Positions 1 to 10,285 of a DNA stretch of 64,000 nt are shown here, piece by piece. The stretch's first letter is position 1, and each line of letters opens with the position of its first letter. The stretch covers positions 1-64,000 of the forward strand of contig CAVVKN010000018.1 in assembly GCA_963748825.1 (NCBI GenBank), in the 5' to 3' direction. A program made the position numbers and the translations under genes. Under the pieces are notes generated by a model, which searched no databases, was not told where the DNA came from, and saw only the letters and a list, made by a program, of their open reading frames with translations. This stretch comes from Methanotrichaceae archaeon. GTDB lineage: Archaea > Halobacteriota > Methanosarcinia > Methanotrichales > Methanotrichaceae.

Positions 1-7
1 GAAAAAT

Positions 8-1655
8 GGCACTTTCTAGAAATCGAGTGATTTTTCAACTTTTCCAATACCATGATCGCACACATCTTCCTATTGCCACCAAAGTTTGGTATAATTTTGT
101 CTCACATACTAAAATTGTTGTGTCTACATCATAGTATTCTCTAAATAATAGCTTAACTTTAAAAAATAATTTTTAAAAATTTTAACTTCCGACGGCAGCC
201 TTAGCTAGAAGTTTTTTTTACAAAATATAATATAAATAAACTAACCTTCATTTCCAGTCCATGAAAGGAATGAAGACAAAGAATGCTTCGATCAAGGTCT
301 TTTGTGGTATTCCAAACATTCCCCATCTTTTTAGACGAGAAAGCTTCATTTGTTCTTCGATTCCAGGGACTTCTAGCTGTTGTTTTCTATGAGTCTTCAA
401 GCTACAAGAATAATAATTTTCTAGTGGATTATTGGTTGCAGGAGCGCCATCGAATAATTGGAAGATCATAAGATGTTGCCAATCCTTCTCGATTTGCTTT
501 AATCTTTTTTGAATTATAATCTTAAATACACCTATTTCATTCATTAATTCATCCAAATTTTTCTTAGCATCATATAAACTTCTTGTCTCCATATTCCTAT
601 GATTTCTTCTTCGTTCCTTCTCCAAACCATAAACAAACTTTTTAAACCATTTCTGTGCTTCTTCTAGCCATTCCTTGTATGTCTTTTCGCCTCGTTTTTT
701 CATCTCTTGCTCTTCTTCAATCAGACATGAAAGCCATTGCATTTCTGCGGTCCTATTATAAAATATATTTAATATTCTATATTTCAATAGTTCTTCTTCG
801 ATTGTTGTCTTTTTCGGAAAATCATTGACTATGAGCTTGTCCTGATGAAACAAACAGAATTGATGGGCCACTCGATTTCCAAAAATTTTCCTGAATATTT
901 CATCATAGCCTCTATAAAGATCCGTCACTATAAATATAGGTTTATGTACGTCGAGGTTTCTTCGAAGGAAATCCTCGATGGTTGCCCCATCTTTTGAGTC
1001 GAATAACTCATCTGCAATCACTTGTTTCGTCCTATAATCGAGGAGAGTTAGTCGGTATTTCTGACTTCTACCTGTCTTGGGATGTTGCTCATCATAGTGA
1101 ACAAATTGAACATCTTCGATATTGGGAACCACCATATTGTCTGTCGCAGATTTGATCATCGTGCAAATGGTGTCCTTGCTGCGCGGATAGATGTAGTTTG
1201 ATACTTTCTCGATTACCTCCAGGGAGACATGATTAACCCTCAGGAGCTGACAAAGACCGCCAAATAATCCGAAAAATGCGCTCGTAGCGTTCTCCCAAAA
1301 CCCATGTTCTTCCTCAATATTTTTGCTGCAATTGGGACACAGATATTTGCCTATCTTAACATCGCCGAGTAGCCTCTTGGTATGATTATTGAAGCCATTA
1401 TGGTTCATGGGAGTCCCGCAATCAGTACATAATTGTGGTTTAATTTTGCGGAAGATTCCATTCGAAGTGTACTCGTAATCGTCCGAATATCCCTCGAAAA
1501 TCGCTTTCAACTGTTCGACGAAGGGAAAGTTTTTCATGGTAAGCTGTATTTGTGTCATTGAAGGGTCACACAGGGTACATTTCGCTTGAAGATTAAAATA
1601 TTTTCGGGTGGATGTATCCTGCCTTCACTATATCACTGGATTTCTAGATTGTGCC
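8..1655 (-). mobile_element. Insertion sequence (ISNCY/ISM1-like DDE element) with 24-bp terminal inverted repeats
   Basis: Bases 8-31 read ggcactttctagaaatcgagtgat; the reverse complement of 1632-1655 reads ggcacaatctagaaatccagtgat (21/24 identical). The two repeats enclose one transposase ORF. No clear target duplication, and the left flank is cut by the window edge. Confidence 0.8.
248..1558 (-). CDS. DDE transposase with N-terminal CxxC...CxxC zinc ribbon
   Basis: Motifs HYDEQ, IVTDLY, HQFCLFH and TNNPLENYY; lies between inverted repeats. Confidence 0.85.
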   Translation of the reverse strand: MTQIQLTMKNFPFVEQLKAIFEGYSDDYEYTSNGIFRKIKPQLCTDCGTPMNHNGFNNHTKRLLGDVKIGKYLCPNCSKNIEEEHGFWENATSAFFGLFGGLCQLLRVNHVSLEVIEKVSNYIYPRSKDTICTMIKSATDNMVVPNIEDVQFVHYDEQHPKTGRSQKYRLTLLDYRTKQVIADELFDSKDGATIEDFLRRNLDVHKPIFIVTDLYRGYDEIFRKIFGNRVAHQFCLFHQDKLIVNDFPKKTTIEEELLKYRILNIFYNRTAEMQWLSCLIEEEQEMKKRGEKTYKEWLEEAQKWFKKFVYGLEKERRRNHRNMETRSLYDAKKNLDELMNEIGVFKIIIQKRLKQIEKDWQHLMIFQLFDGAPATNNPLENYYSCSLKTHRKQQLEVPGIEEQMKLSRLKRWGMFGIPQKTLIEAFFVFIPFMDWK

Positions 1656-2846
1656 CATAAAATGTATTCCAAATGGATTGAATTGCTCATTTGTGCCGAA
1701 CATAAACATCCTGCCGACTCCCTGGAATAAAAACAAAAAAATAATATCGTTAGGTGGCTTTTCCGTACAAAATACATTCTCGACAACATCTCTTAACCTA
1801 TTAAGGATTTTATTATCTAGCCCATCCGTTTGCCATCTACCATTTATGTCAGATAAATCATAGTTATCGAGTGAATCTGTGAAAATCATCGCGTAAATAA
1901 TTTTGTCACTATCTAATGTAAAGAACGCATCATTAAAGCAAGTAATCTCGGGCGGTGAAGGAGAAGAGCTTTGATCTAAATTATTTCCGAGATAACTAAG
2001 GTATTCAATAACCGAGCTTGTTATCGTTTTATTAAAGTTTTTGGCTAATTCCCTACATACATTATGTTCAATCGCCAAATGGATTAACTCATGTCTAGCT
2101 GCCCAAAGAAGCATTCCTGGTATTGCAACGATATATTTTTCTCCTGTTTTTACAATAGGATGAATAAGTAATTCTCCATTGTTAATTTTATATTTTGAAA
2201 TAGAGATGGTCCCGAAAGGAATGATTAATCCTTCAAGTGCTGAAATATTAGTATCTTTTTTAGCCAGTAATTCAGCAAGTCTAGATTGCTCAAATGATAC
2301 TGCCTGTTTCAACTGATCTAAACAGGGATTTTTAGGGATAGTTACTCTATTATTTTTTACGATCGGTTTTATTCCGCGTTTAAGTCCAATATTATGAGCA
2401 ACCTCATCGCTTATAGATAAGACTGCGGAAATCAACTCTCTTGCCTTACTAATAAATTCGGAATTCCCCAATTCATTTGGAAAAAGGAAAATTGCTTTTA
2501 AAAGATGGCGAAGTACAAATACTGAATCGCCCCCATATCCAGGAAATACTATATAAGATCCTCCAAAAAAAGATATTTCATCGGTGAAGGGACTTTCAAA
2601 AGGATCTTCCATACGTGTTATATCTTTCGGAATCGCTAAGTTACAAATACGTCCTAATTTAGTGCCGCTAATTTTTGGTTTATTATTATTAGACGAGAGC
2701 GACGTGGCTACGTGAGCAAGTGCCTCTAAACGAAGGGTTCTTTCAATATTTTCTGGCATAAGCTGCAAGCCCGCCACGGCCGCAAGAACATCTATAGAAT
2801 CATACACGGACAGATTCGCAACAAGCTCGGATAAAGGGCTCTTCAT
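1644..2846 (-). pseudogene. Hypothetical protein, C-terminally truncated by the IS
   Basis: The last codons (G-T-I-TAG) are read from the IS terminal repeat at 1644-1655; low-GC coding sequence. Confidence 0.7.
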
Positions 2847-3480
2847 TTTATCTCCAGTTTACTTTGCAGCTGATTTTATATTATCGATTCATCAGTAATG
2901 TATCTACTTTAATTTAATTCAAAATCATCTTTTTTCTATATTTACTTAGCGCTTTAACTCAGTACTTAACGGAGCATACGTCGCGGGTTAATATTATTGA
3001 GAAGTGCATCGTCTATGAGGCTTGCATGCTGGCATCCCTCAGGCGACGCATGAAAATGTCGTAGGCTCCTGCTACCATCTTGCCAGTTTTCTAGCGGTCC
3101 GTCTTGGATATTCCCAGTTTGCCCACTATTTTCTTTTGATTATTTAACCGAGCTTTTAAGCTCAGGCGTTTCGGATCTCAACTCGATTAACCCCAAACGT
3201 GGACCCAGGGCATGCGCGCTTGACCTGAGATATGATGCACCCGGCATTTATGCAACTCTACCTCAAAGCAGCCATTCTTCAGCAAGAGGGCTTTTTTCGT
3301 GCAGACTTAGCCGCTTCCACCAGGGAAAACATACGGTATGCAAAAGATCCAATTATGCGAGCTGAAGAAAATGAGGCCTGTGCTTCATGCTATATTACTG
3401 CTTTCTCATGAACATGGAGTCGATAGATTAAGGCCTTAAATGAACGATATGCTTATCTATTTGAACGATCGTTCAATATT

Positions 3481-4026
3481 TTGATGGCTTCGCTGAAAAA
3501 GTTCGTGGGCTTCAGAGTGCTTGAACTCTTTCTTACTCATCCTTCTTTAGAGATTCATCTCAATGAGCTGGCAAGAAACATAGAAATCGCCAGGGGAAGC
3601 GCAAAGAGCTACTGCGATGCCCTTGTTGATGAGGGGCTGATTCTGGACAGAAAAAAGGCCAATCTTCGGCTTTTCAGATTGAACAGGGACGATTTCGCAG
3701 TCCGAGAAATGATAAAGGCCTACTATCTTTTGAAGCTCAAACATTTAGGCATTGAGCTCCTGGCTAAAGGCTGCACATCTCTGGCGATTTACGGCAGCTT
3801 TGCCCGAGGGGACATTGACGAGCGAAGCGATCTTGATCTTCTGGTGATAGGCGAGGAATCCAACGTGAATCGAGATAGAATCCTGAAACTTCAGGATTCC
3901 CTGGGAAGAGAGGTCCAGCTAACCGTGCTGCCATACTACCGATGGGAAACCATGAAGAAGGAAGGCGATAGATTTGCAGAGAGCGTCTTGAGGAAACACG
4001 TCCTTGTGAGCGGTGTTGAGCTATGA
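3481..4026 (+). CDS. HTH-fused minimal nucleotidyltransferase (MNT antitoxin)
   Basis: N-terminal wHTH; YGSFARGD...SDLDL nucleotidyltransferase motif. Confidence 0.9.
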   Translation: MMASLKKFVGFRVLELFLTHPSLEIHLNELARNIEIARGSAKSYCDALVDEGLILDRKKANLRLFRLNRDDFAVREMIKAYYLLKLKHLGIELLAKGCTSLAIYGSFARGDIDERSDLDLLVIGEESNVNRDRILKLQDSLGREVQLTVLPYYRWETMKKEGDRFAESVLRKHVLVSGVEL

Positions 4027-4451
4027 GGTTCGAAGAATGCCTCGATAAAGGCCTTATCAAGAAGGATCTCTTGGCCAATGAAAGGGTCGAAAGTTCTCTA
4101 ATGATTGCGGAGAGATTTCTTAGATCTTCAAGGCGTAACCTGGAGATCGATGAGTATGAGATGGCCGAGATCGCAGCCTACAATAGCGCATTTCATGCAG
4201 GCAGGGCTCTGCTCTTTGCGAAAGGGTATACCGAGCGTAGCCACTTTTGTCTCGGCGTCGCTCTTAAAGGTCTGTACAGAGGAATAATCCTAGATCTTCT
4301 AAAAATTTTTGACAAAATCAGGCTCTCCAGACATAATGTTCAATATGGTGGAGAGCTTGTCAGAGAAGATGAGGCGGCGTTTGTAATAGAATTTGCGCAG
4401 GATTTTTTAGAAGCAGCCAAAACGGAGCTCAAACTCAAAGAAAACAAGTGA
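4023..4451 (+). CDS. HEPN domain protein (toxin of an MNT-HEPN pair)
   Basis: AYNSAFHAGRALL and RLSRHNVQY (R-x4-Y HEPN-type) motifs; ATGA overlap with the MNT gene. Confidence 0.9.
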   Translation: MRFEECLDKGLIKKDLLANERVESSLMIAERFLRSSRRNLEIDEYEMAEIAAYNSAFHAGRALLFAKGYTERSHFCLGVALKGLYRGIILDLLKIFDKIRLSRHNVQYGGELVREDEAAFVIEFAQDFLEAAKTELKLKENK

Positions 4452-4727
4452 TACAAAATGTTGGAATTTATGAGGCAGATCGGGCTAATGTAAGCAGAAT
4501 TATGAAGGACCGTTCTAATGTCCTGCCCTCCTGCGAAGAGATCGTTGTTCGAAGATATCAAAGGTAAAATACCCGCTCAAAGTCGCTCGGAGCCTAAAAG
4601 ATCAGTTTATGCCGCTTTTTCCGAGGGGGCCAACGATCGGGCCACAATATCTAGGCTCGATCAACAAGCGCTCGATTATTTTAGCACCCTGGCAGAACGT
4701 GATTTGAAATAGACCAATGTATCGCCA

Positions 4728-5000
4728 TTACTCCGCCACCACCCCCACGGTCTCCGGATTCAGTCCATAGAGGCTCTGGCGTGCGTCTGGGAAGTAGAAT
4801 CTCTTTAAGATGAGGTTCTCTTCCTTCAGCCTGGTTAAGACGTATCTAACGGTTCTGGCGGGAAGGTAGGTCTTGTTTATGATCTCCTTTTGGGTCAAAA
4901 GGCTTCCTTATTCCAGTACCTTGATTATCAGCTTGGCCGATGGCGGCAAGCTGTCCAGGTTCAAGCTATGCGGCTGTATTTCCGCGTCAGCAAAGACGAT
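4728..5000 (-). pseudogene. Archaeal MarR-like winged-helix regulator, copy 1, in-frame TAA at 4908-4910
   Basis: Manual translation: LPPSAKLIIKVLE*GSLLTQKEIINKTYLPARTVRYVLTRLKEENLILKRFYFPDARQSLYGL. Confidence 0.8.
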
Positions 5001-5328
5001 CCCTCTTTTTCATACCACCAATCACAATTGTTAATTGTGGCGCTATTAAAATTTTTACAGAGGCAATTCGATTTTTATCAATGTTCTTAATAGTGATAAA
5101 TATATCTAATAAATTTTTATAAGATATAAAGAAATGTAGTTAGACATTCAACAAGTACATACATTATATTTAATTTATAAAAATTGGTGGCTTTGTGGCT
5201 GAGAAGATATCGACTCTAAGCTGCTAGCGAGAAGCGTTAAAGACTTTAGAAAGTATTTTATAGAAGTTAGCAAGATATATGCGGCTATCTGCAGTCTGAA
5301 TATATATCAACTAAAGGAGGATAAATCA

Positions 5329-5649
5329 ATGGTGATTGGAATTACAATGATAAAGACCGCACCGAATCAGGAAAAAGTTGGCTTTGATGTGCTCAGGAAT
5401 ATAAAAGGAGTAAGAGAGATCTATAATTTATTCGGCGAATTTGATCTCTTCTTGATACTGGAGGCTCTGGATAGGGCAGGATTGAACCTACTCCTGGAGG
5501 AGATTCAGGATCAGAAATACGTCCTGGATACCTGGCCACTTCTGGTCTCAAGGGAAGAGAGCCTTCCTGAGGTCGAGATGGCATTCTCGCATATGGAAGA
5601 GATCGCGATGAGCGAGCCCTCATTAACTATATTCAGTGGAACAGTATGA
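5329..5649 (+). CDS. Lrp/AsnC ligand-binding (RAM) domain protein
   Basis: IKGVREIYNLFGEFDL RAM-domain pattern; aggagg Shine-Dalgarno upstream. Confidence 0.8.
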   Translation: MVIGITMIKTAPNQEKVGFDVLRNIKGVREIYNLFGEFDLFLILEALDRAGLNLLLEEIQDQKYVLDTWPLLVSREESLPEVEMAFSHMEEIAMSEPSLTIFSGTV

Positions 5650-5882
5650 TTATTTGCCAAAATAGACAGCTGCATGTGGCGGGATCGTTGTTCGAAAGTC
5701 TTAAAGATACGACTTAAAATACCCTCACAAAGGCGCTCGGCACTCAAAAATCAGTTTCCGCCGCATTGCCGAGGAGGCCAGCAATCGGGCCCCGACCGGC
5801 CCGATCAACAGGCGCTCGGTTATTTTAGCACCCTGGTGAAACGCGATTTGAATAGACATAAGTCTAAAGATCGCATTGTCAT

Positions 5883-6155
5883 TTACTCTGCCACCACCAC
5901 TACGGTCTCCGGATTCAGTCCATAGAGGCTCTGGCGCGCATCCTGGAAATAGAAGCGCTCTTAGAGGATATGCTGCTCCTCTAATCTGTTCAGGGCATAC
6001 CTTACGGTCCTGGGCGGAAGATACGTCTTGGCGACGATATCTTTTTGCGTCAGAAGGCTCCCTGATTCCAGCACTTTAAAGACAAGCTTTGCCGACGGCG
6101 GCAAGTGCTCTATCTTTGTGCTGGTAGATTCATTTTTGGTTTTTGCAAAGACGAT
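5883..6155 (-). pseudogene. Archaeal MarR-like winged-helix regulator, copy 2, in-frame TAA at 5961-5963
   Basis: Manual translation: LPPSAKLVFKVLESGSLLTQKDIVAKTYLPPRTVRYALNRLEEQHIL*ERFYFQDARQSLYGL. Confidence 0.8.
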
Positions 6156-6250
6156 CCCTCATTTTTTATTTCACCAATTATTAAACCTACTATTGCGGCA
6201 ATAATGGCACCCATGCGCCGGTGTCATGCAGAAAATATGAAGACAAAGAA

Positions 6251-6703
6251 TCAGTACCCATACGCCTTCCCTGTCATTTCCTCGATCTCTACTTTGATTA
6301 TGGCTGTGCGCTTGAGGGTAGCTTCCGGATAAACAAAGGGTTCTTGAAGGTAATGTCTCATTATCAGGTCCAAAGAATTGCGTTTATCCTCCAGTGCCTC
6401 TACAAGAGACGCATTGCCAAATCCAATAACACTCCTGTATCTCATATTGCAGTGATCGCCGGATCTAACAAGCTCCCAATCGATGTCCATCTCAAAACTT
6501 ACCCTGGGATTTTTCTTGAGAATCTCCAGCTTTCGCCCTTCCGTCGCCGAGTGAAAATAGAGGGCTCCCTTCTCATATCCAAAACATAAAGGCACTACGT
6601 ATGGGGCACATTCTTCGCACATCGCCAGCCTGCACACGCATGCTCTGTTAATTATCGATTCCACTTCTTTTGGATCGCAGATCTCTCTTTCTTTTTTCCT
6701 CAT
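6251..6703 (-). CDS. Pyridoxamine 5'-phosphate oxidase / NimA-like flavin-binding protein
   Basis: MRKKERE start, PYVVPLCFGY, YFHSATEGRK, YRSVIGFG, TGK. Confidence 0.9.
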   Translation of the reverse strand: MRKKEREICDPKEVESIINRACVCRLAMCEECAPYVVPLCFGYEKGALYFHSATEGRKLEILKKNPRVSFEMDIDWELVRSGDHCNMRYRSVIGFGNASLVEALEDKRNSLDLIMRHYLQEPFVYPEATLKRTAIIKVEIEEMTGKAYGY

Positions 6704-6822
6704 CCCGTCTCACCATTTTTTGTTCATCGAGCCTTTATTCGGCCTTACTTTATCGACCTTTATATCCTGGATGAAGGTTCTCTGCCCATGGCCGTCAAAC
6801 CCACAGATTAATTTAGCACCTG

Positions 6823-8028
6823 TTGAATTCCATAACTTCAGAGGTCAATAGCATTATGCCGTCAACAAGCCATCGCCTGGAATATTTCTCAGAATCGGTC
6901 ATCCGCAAAATGACCAGAATTGCCAACACTTATGGAGCCGTCAACCTCTCCCAGGGCTTTCCGGATTTCCAGCCGCCAGAGCCGCTTTTGCGGGCTCTTG
7001 AAGATGTAGCCATGAAGGGACCGCATCAGTATGCAGTAACCTGGGGCGCTCAGAATTTCCGGGAAGCTCTGGCCAAAAAGCAGTCCAGGTTTATGGGCAT
7101 GCCTATCGATCCGGAAAGAGAGATCGTGGTCACCTGCGGAAGCACAGAGGCCATGATGGCCGCTATGATGACGGTCTGCAATCCTGGAGACAAAGTTGTT
7201 GTATTCTCGCCCTTCTACGAGAATTATGGTGCAGATGCCATACTATCCGGCGCACAGCCAATCTTTGTGCCTTTGCATCCACCAGACTTCTCATTTGATG
7301 AAGAAGAATTGACCAGGGCATTTGAGCAGAGGCCCAAGGCGTTGATTCTATGCAATCCCTCTAATCCAACAGGAAAAGTATTCACTTTGGAGGAGCTGGA
7401 GTTCATCGCAAAACTGGCTGATCGGTACGATGTATTCGTAATAACCGATGAGGTCTACGAGCATATTGTCTACAAACCTTACAAGCATGTCTATTTCGCA
7501 TCTCTGCCGGGCATGTTCGAGAGGACCATTTCCTGCAGCTCCCTATCCAAGACATATTCCATCACAGGCTGGAGGCTGGGATATCTGATAGCTTCGCCGG
7601 CTATCATCGATGGCGCGAGAAAGGTGCATGATTTTCTGACCGTAGGCGCGCCGGCACCCTTGCAGGAGGCGGCAGTCACTGCACTTGGCTTTCCTGATGA
7701 GTATTATGAGGGGCTATGCGAGATGTACACAGAGAAGAGGGACTTCTTCATCAAAGGACTGGATGAGGAAGGGCTTGCTTACACCTTTCCCCAGGGTGCC
7801 TATTATGTAATGATGGATATATCCGAGTTCGGATGTCCGGATGATACCGCCTTCTGCGAATGGATGGCAAAAGAGGTGGGCGTGGCAGCCGTTCCCGGCT
7901 CCAGCTTCTTCCGGGAGGATGTAAGACATTTGATACGCTTCCACTTCGCCAAGAAAATAGAGACTTTAGAGGATGCCCTGCAAAAACTCTCCACATTGAG
8001 GAGCAAAGCCAAAAGAGGAATTGATTGA
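6823..8028 (+). CDS. PLP-dependent aminotransferase class I/II
   Basis: NLSQGFPDF, NPSNPTG, DEVYEH, SLSKTYSITGWRLG; the true start may be the downstream ATG (MPST). Confidence 0.95.
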   Translation: MNSITSEVNSIMPSTSHRLEYFSESVIRKMTRIANTYGAVNLSQGFPDFQPPEPLLRALEDVAMKGPHQYAVTWGAQNFREALAKKQSRFMGMPIDPEREIVVTCGSTEAMMAAMMTVCNPGDKVVVFSPFYENYGADAILSGAQPIFVPLHPPDFSFDEEELTRAFEQRPKALILCNPSNPTGKVFTLEELEFIAKLADRYDVFVITDEVYEHIVYKPYKHVYFASLPGMFERTISCSSLSKTYSITGWRLGYLIASPAIIDGARKVHDFLTVGAPAPLQEAAVTALGFPDEYYEGLCEMYTEKRDFFIKGLDEEGLAYTFPQGAYYVMMDISEFGCPDDTAFCEWMAKEVGVAAVPGSSFFREDVRHLIRFHFAKKIETLEDALQKLSTLRSKAKRGID

Positions 8029-8127
8029 GATACGCCAACATGCAAGAGGGGGGGCCAGGGGACTTTTACCGCGTATATTTTCCTCCGCTGGCCTTTGCAT
8101 CCTCAACTATTTCCTTTTCATTGGGAC

Positions 8128-8571
8128 TTAGAAAAGCTGAGGCTGGTCCTGAGGGTCAACGACATGCCAGCGATTATCTTCCCGTCCGTTTCCAAAGACA
8201 TCTCCGGCGGCTTCGTCCCTGGAAGAGAGGTAGAGCGGCCAGCCTTTGAATGTCGTCTGCTTTGAGCTATCGGTTCTGGTTATGGTGGCAAAGTCAACGG
8301 GCCTCAGGCTGTCCGGCACGGTTATTGTTTCGGCATAGAAGGGCGGCCACTTGGAGGCGCAATCGTCATAACAGGTGCTGGCACCATTTCCGCTGCCGTC
8401 ATCTGTGAAGTAATAAAGAGCAAAGCCGCTCTGATTTACCAGATAGTCGCCCAGAAACTTATTCGCTGTGACGTTCACTGTGTAATTGCTCTCAGCCAGA
8501 GCCGAGATTGAGAGAATCGATACTGCGAGGAATAAGAACACAAGCATTTGGCTTCTTGACATGAATTTCAC
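8128..8571 (-). CDS. Secreted repeat protein (COG4315-like)
   Basis: Signal peptide; LYYFTDD...STCYDDCASKWPP and GWPLY...D...GD repeats. Confidence 0.8.
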   Translation of the reverse strand: MKFMSRSQMLVFLFLAVSILSISALAESNYTVNVTANKFLGDYLVNQSGFALYYFTDDGSGNGASTCYDDCASKWPPFYAETITVPDSLRPVDFATITRTDSSKQTTFKGWPLYLSSRDEAAGDVFGNGREDNRWHVVDPQDQPQLF

Positions 8572-8727
8572 CGCTAATTTCTTATCGGCTTGATAATTAA
8601 GGATTTGCTATGCGCACAGACGCGTAAATAACAGAAATACTGATTCATCCTCACAAGATAGCTATGAATGAACCAAAAAGACGATGATTATTTATTCCTT
8701 CCTGTCGCATAACAGTTTTGGAGAGAA

Positions 8728-9213
8728 TTGATTATGCGCCTGAATGATAAACTTCTAAGTATCCCTTTTCATCTCTTTTTGGTGGCATTGATGGCGGCTT
8801 TCCTCTGCTGCGGCCCGGTCTGTGCCAGCCCAGCCCAGGATCTGCCCGGAACATGGAGTGTAGTGGCGCAGCTTGTGACGTCAACTACAGAAAATCCCAA
8901 TGATCCCTACGCGCCAAAGCCGGGAATGACCAAGCCCGACACCTGGAGCATCTACAATGGCGACGCCGGTCCGGTGCTCAGAGGCAGCAGCGGCTCCATT
9001 GCCGGCCAATACACAGAGAAGGGCGCGGTCTTCGAGGGCACTTATCCTCTGGGCTCCGGGGTTTATGTGGCTGTGAAGATCGAGTGCTTCATGAACGGCT
9101 CTTCGTCCATGTACGGGACCAATGAGAACGACTACTGGGGAACGAATACTGTGACCGGCGAGATGATCAAGCTGGGCATGGAGTCGTGGAAGTTTGGGGC
9201 GAAAAAGCAGTGA
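8728..9213 (+). CDS. Secreted hypothetical protein
   Basis: Hydrophobic signal peptide followed by a beta-rich domain. Confidence 0.65.
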   Translation: MIMRLNDKLLSIPFHLFLVALMAAFLCCGPVCASPAQDLPGTWSVVAQLVTSTTENPNDPYAPKPGMTKPDTWSIYNGDAGPVLRGSSGSIAGQYTEKGAVFEGTYPLGSGVYVAVKIECFMNGSSSMYGTNENDYWGTNTVTGEMIKLGMESWKFGAKKQ

Positions 9214-9250
9214 GTTTGCCGGTCATAAAAAATAGGATTTGTGGATCCGA

Positions 9251-9850
9251 TTACATCGGGTGGCAAACCCCGCAGGGCACATAGCCCTTCATTTTAGCAT
9301 CATCAAAGCTGGAGAACCATATCTCATTGTCGGGGCTGATTTTCTTGGCCCAACGGCATTCCGGATAGTGGTATTTGTCTGATTTTGTTGAGCCTACAAA
9401 TTTCTTATTGGCAAAGGGATCCGAATTCGCATCTGGGTTTGCCCACCATTCTCTTGGGTCAAATTCGTTATCCTTGACATCTTCTACTGTCGCATGTCCG
9501 GCATCCACAAGCATGCTGTTAAAGATCTCTCCCACGGTGCCGTTGGCATTGGCCAGAAAGACAACACAGACCTTGCGTCCATATCGATCCATTCCGGTTT
9601 TATTGTCTAGATCAAGAAAAACCAGCTTCCCCAAAAGCTGCTTTCTGGTGTATTCTTTCGCTTCCGGTCCGCCTGTTGCCGCAAGCTCAGGACTGTCGAC
9701 GTCGGCCAGCCGGACAACTCCCAAGCCCTCTACAGTTATGGTGTCTCCATCAGCTACATACGTGACTTTGCCTCTGGCTTCATCGGAAAGAGCCGGCGCA
9801 AGTGGCAATAGGAGCGCCAGCGCCACGAATAATAAAGTCCATCTCCTCAT
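9251..9850 (-). CDS. Secreted thermonuclease (SNase) with C-terminal Ada-type metal-binding domain
   Basis: DGDT, VRLADVDSPE, DRYGR; KYHYPEC...PCGVCHP. Confidence 0.9.
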   Translation of the reverse strand: MRRWTLLFVALALLLPLAPALSDEARGKVTYVADGDTITVEGLGVVRLADVDSPELAATGGPEAKEYTRKQLLGKLVFLDLDNKTGMDRYGRKVCVVFLANANGTVGEIFNSMLVDAGHATVEDVKDNEFDPREWWANPDANSDPFANKKFVGSTKSDKYHYPECRWAKKISPDNEIWFSSFDDAKMKGYVPCGVCHPM

Positions 9851-10285
9851 TTTTCTTTGCCTTCTACTATGTCAAGTTATTCCGGCGTTTCTTTACCTTA
9901 AACACCTTCCTACAGCATTAATATTTTCAGCATCTGTTCCTGCCCGCCCACCTTACTGGAATTCTGGAAAATCCTACGTAATTTTGGCCAATGCCGGATC
10001 TGCGGTGGCGATCTGGCGGAAACAGGAAGTTGAAAAGGAAGTAGGAAAGGTTCTGCGGGCCAAGACCCTTTGTGGGCATAGATTTCGGAGAGGCTGAACC
10101 GGCAAGGTAGTTCTATCTTCCTAAAGTGAGCTGTTCTGGCCCTCTCGATCGCAGCCTCGCTACTCTGAAAGAAAGTGCCGCTTCAATAAATCTTCTTCTT
10201 TAAATGAATAAGTGATTGTCCACCCTAACAATCGGCTTAGACGATTCCATCTGCCCTCCAAAATATCTAAATATGTTCAAGTATA

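Larger units (their letters stand above)
4541..6180. repeat. Diverged ~490-bp direct repeat (about 4541-5025 and 5684-6180) flanking the Lrp/AsnC gene
   Basis: Shared blocks in both copies, e.g. tattttagcaccctgg, acggtctccggattcagtccatagaggctctggcg and caaagacgatccctc. Confidence 0.85.

Noticed and set aside
4908-5963. Stop-codon recoding (pyrrolysine/selenocysteine) in the wHTH copies
   Set aside because: The stops are TAA, not TAG or TGA, and occur at different positions in the two copies
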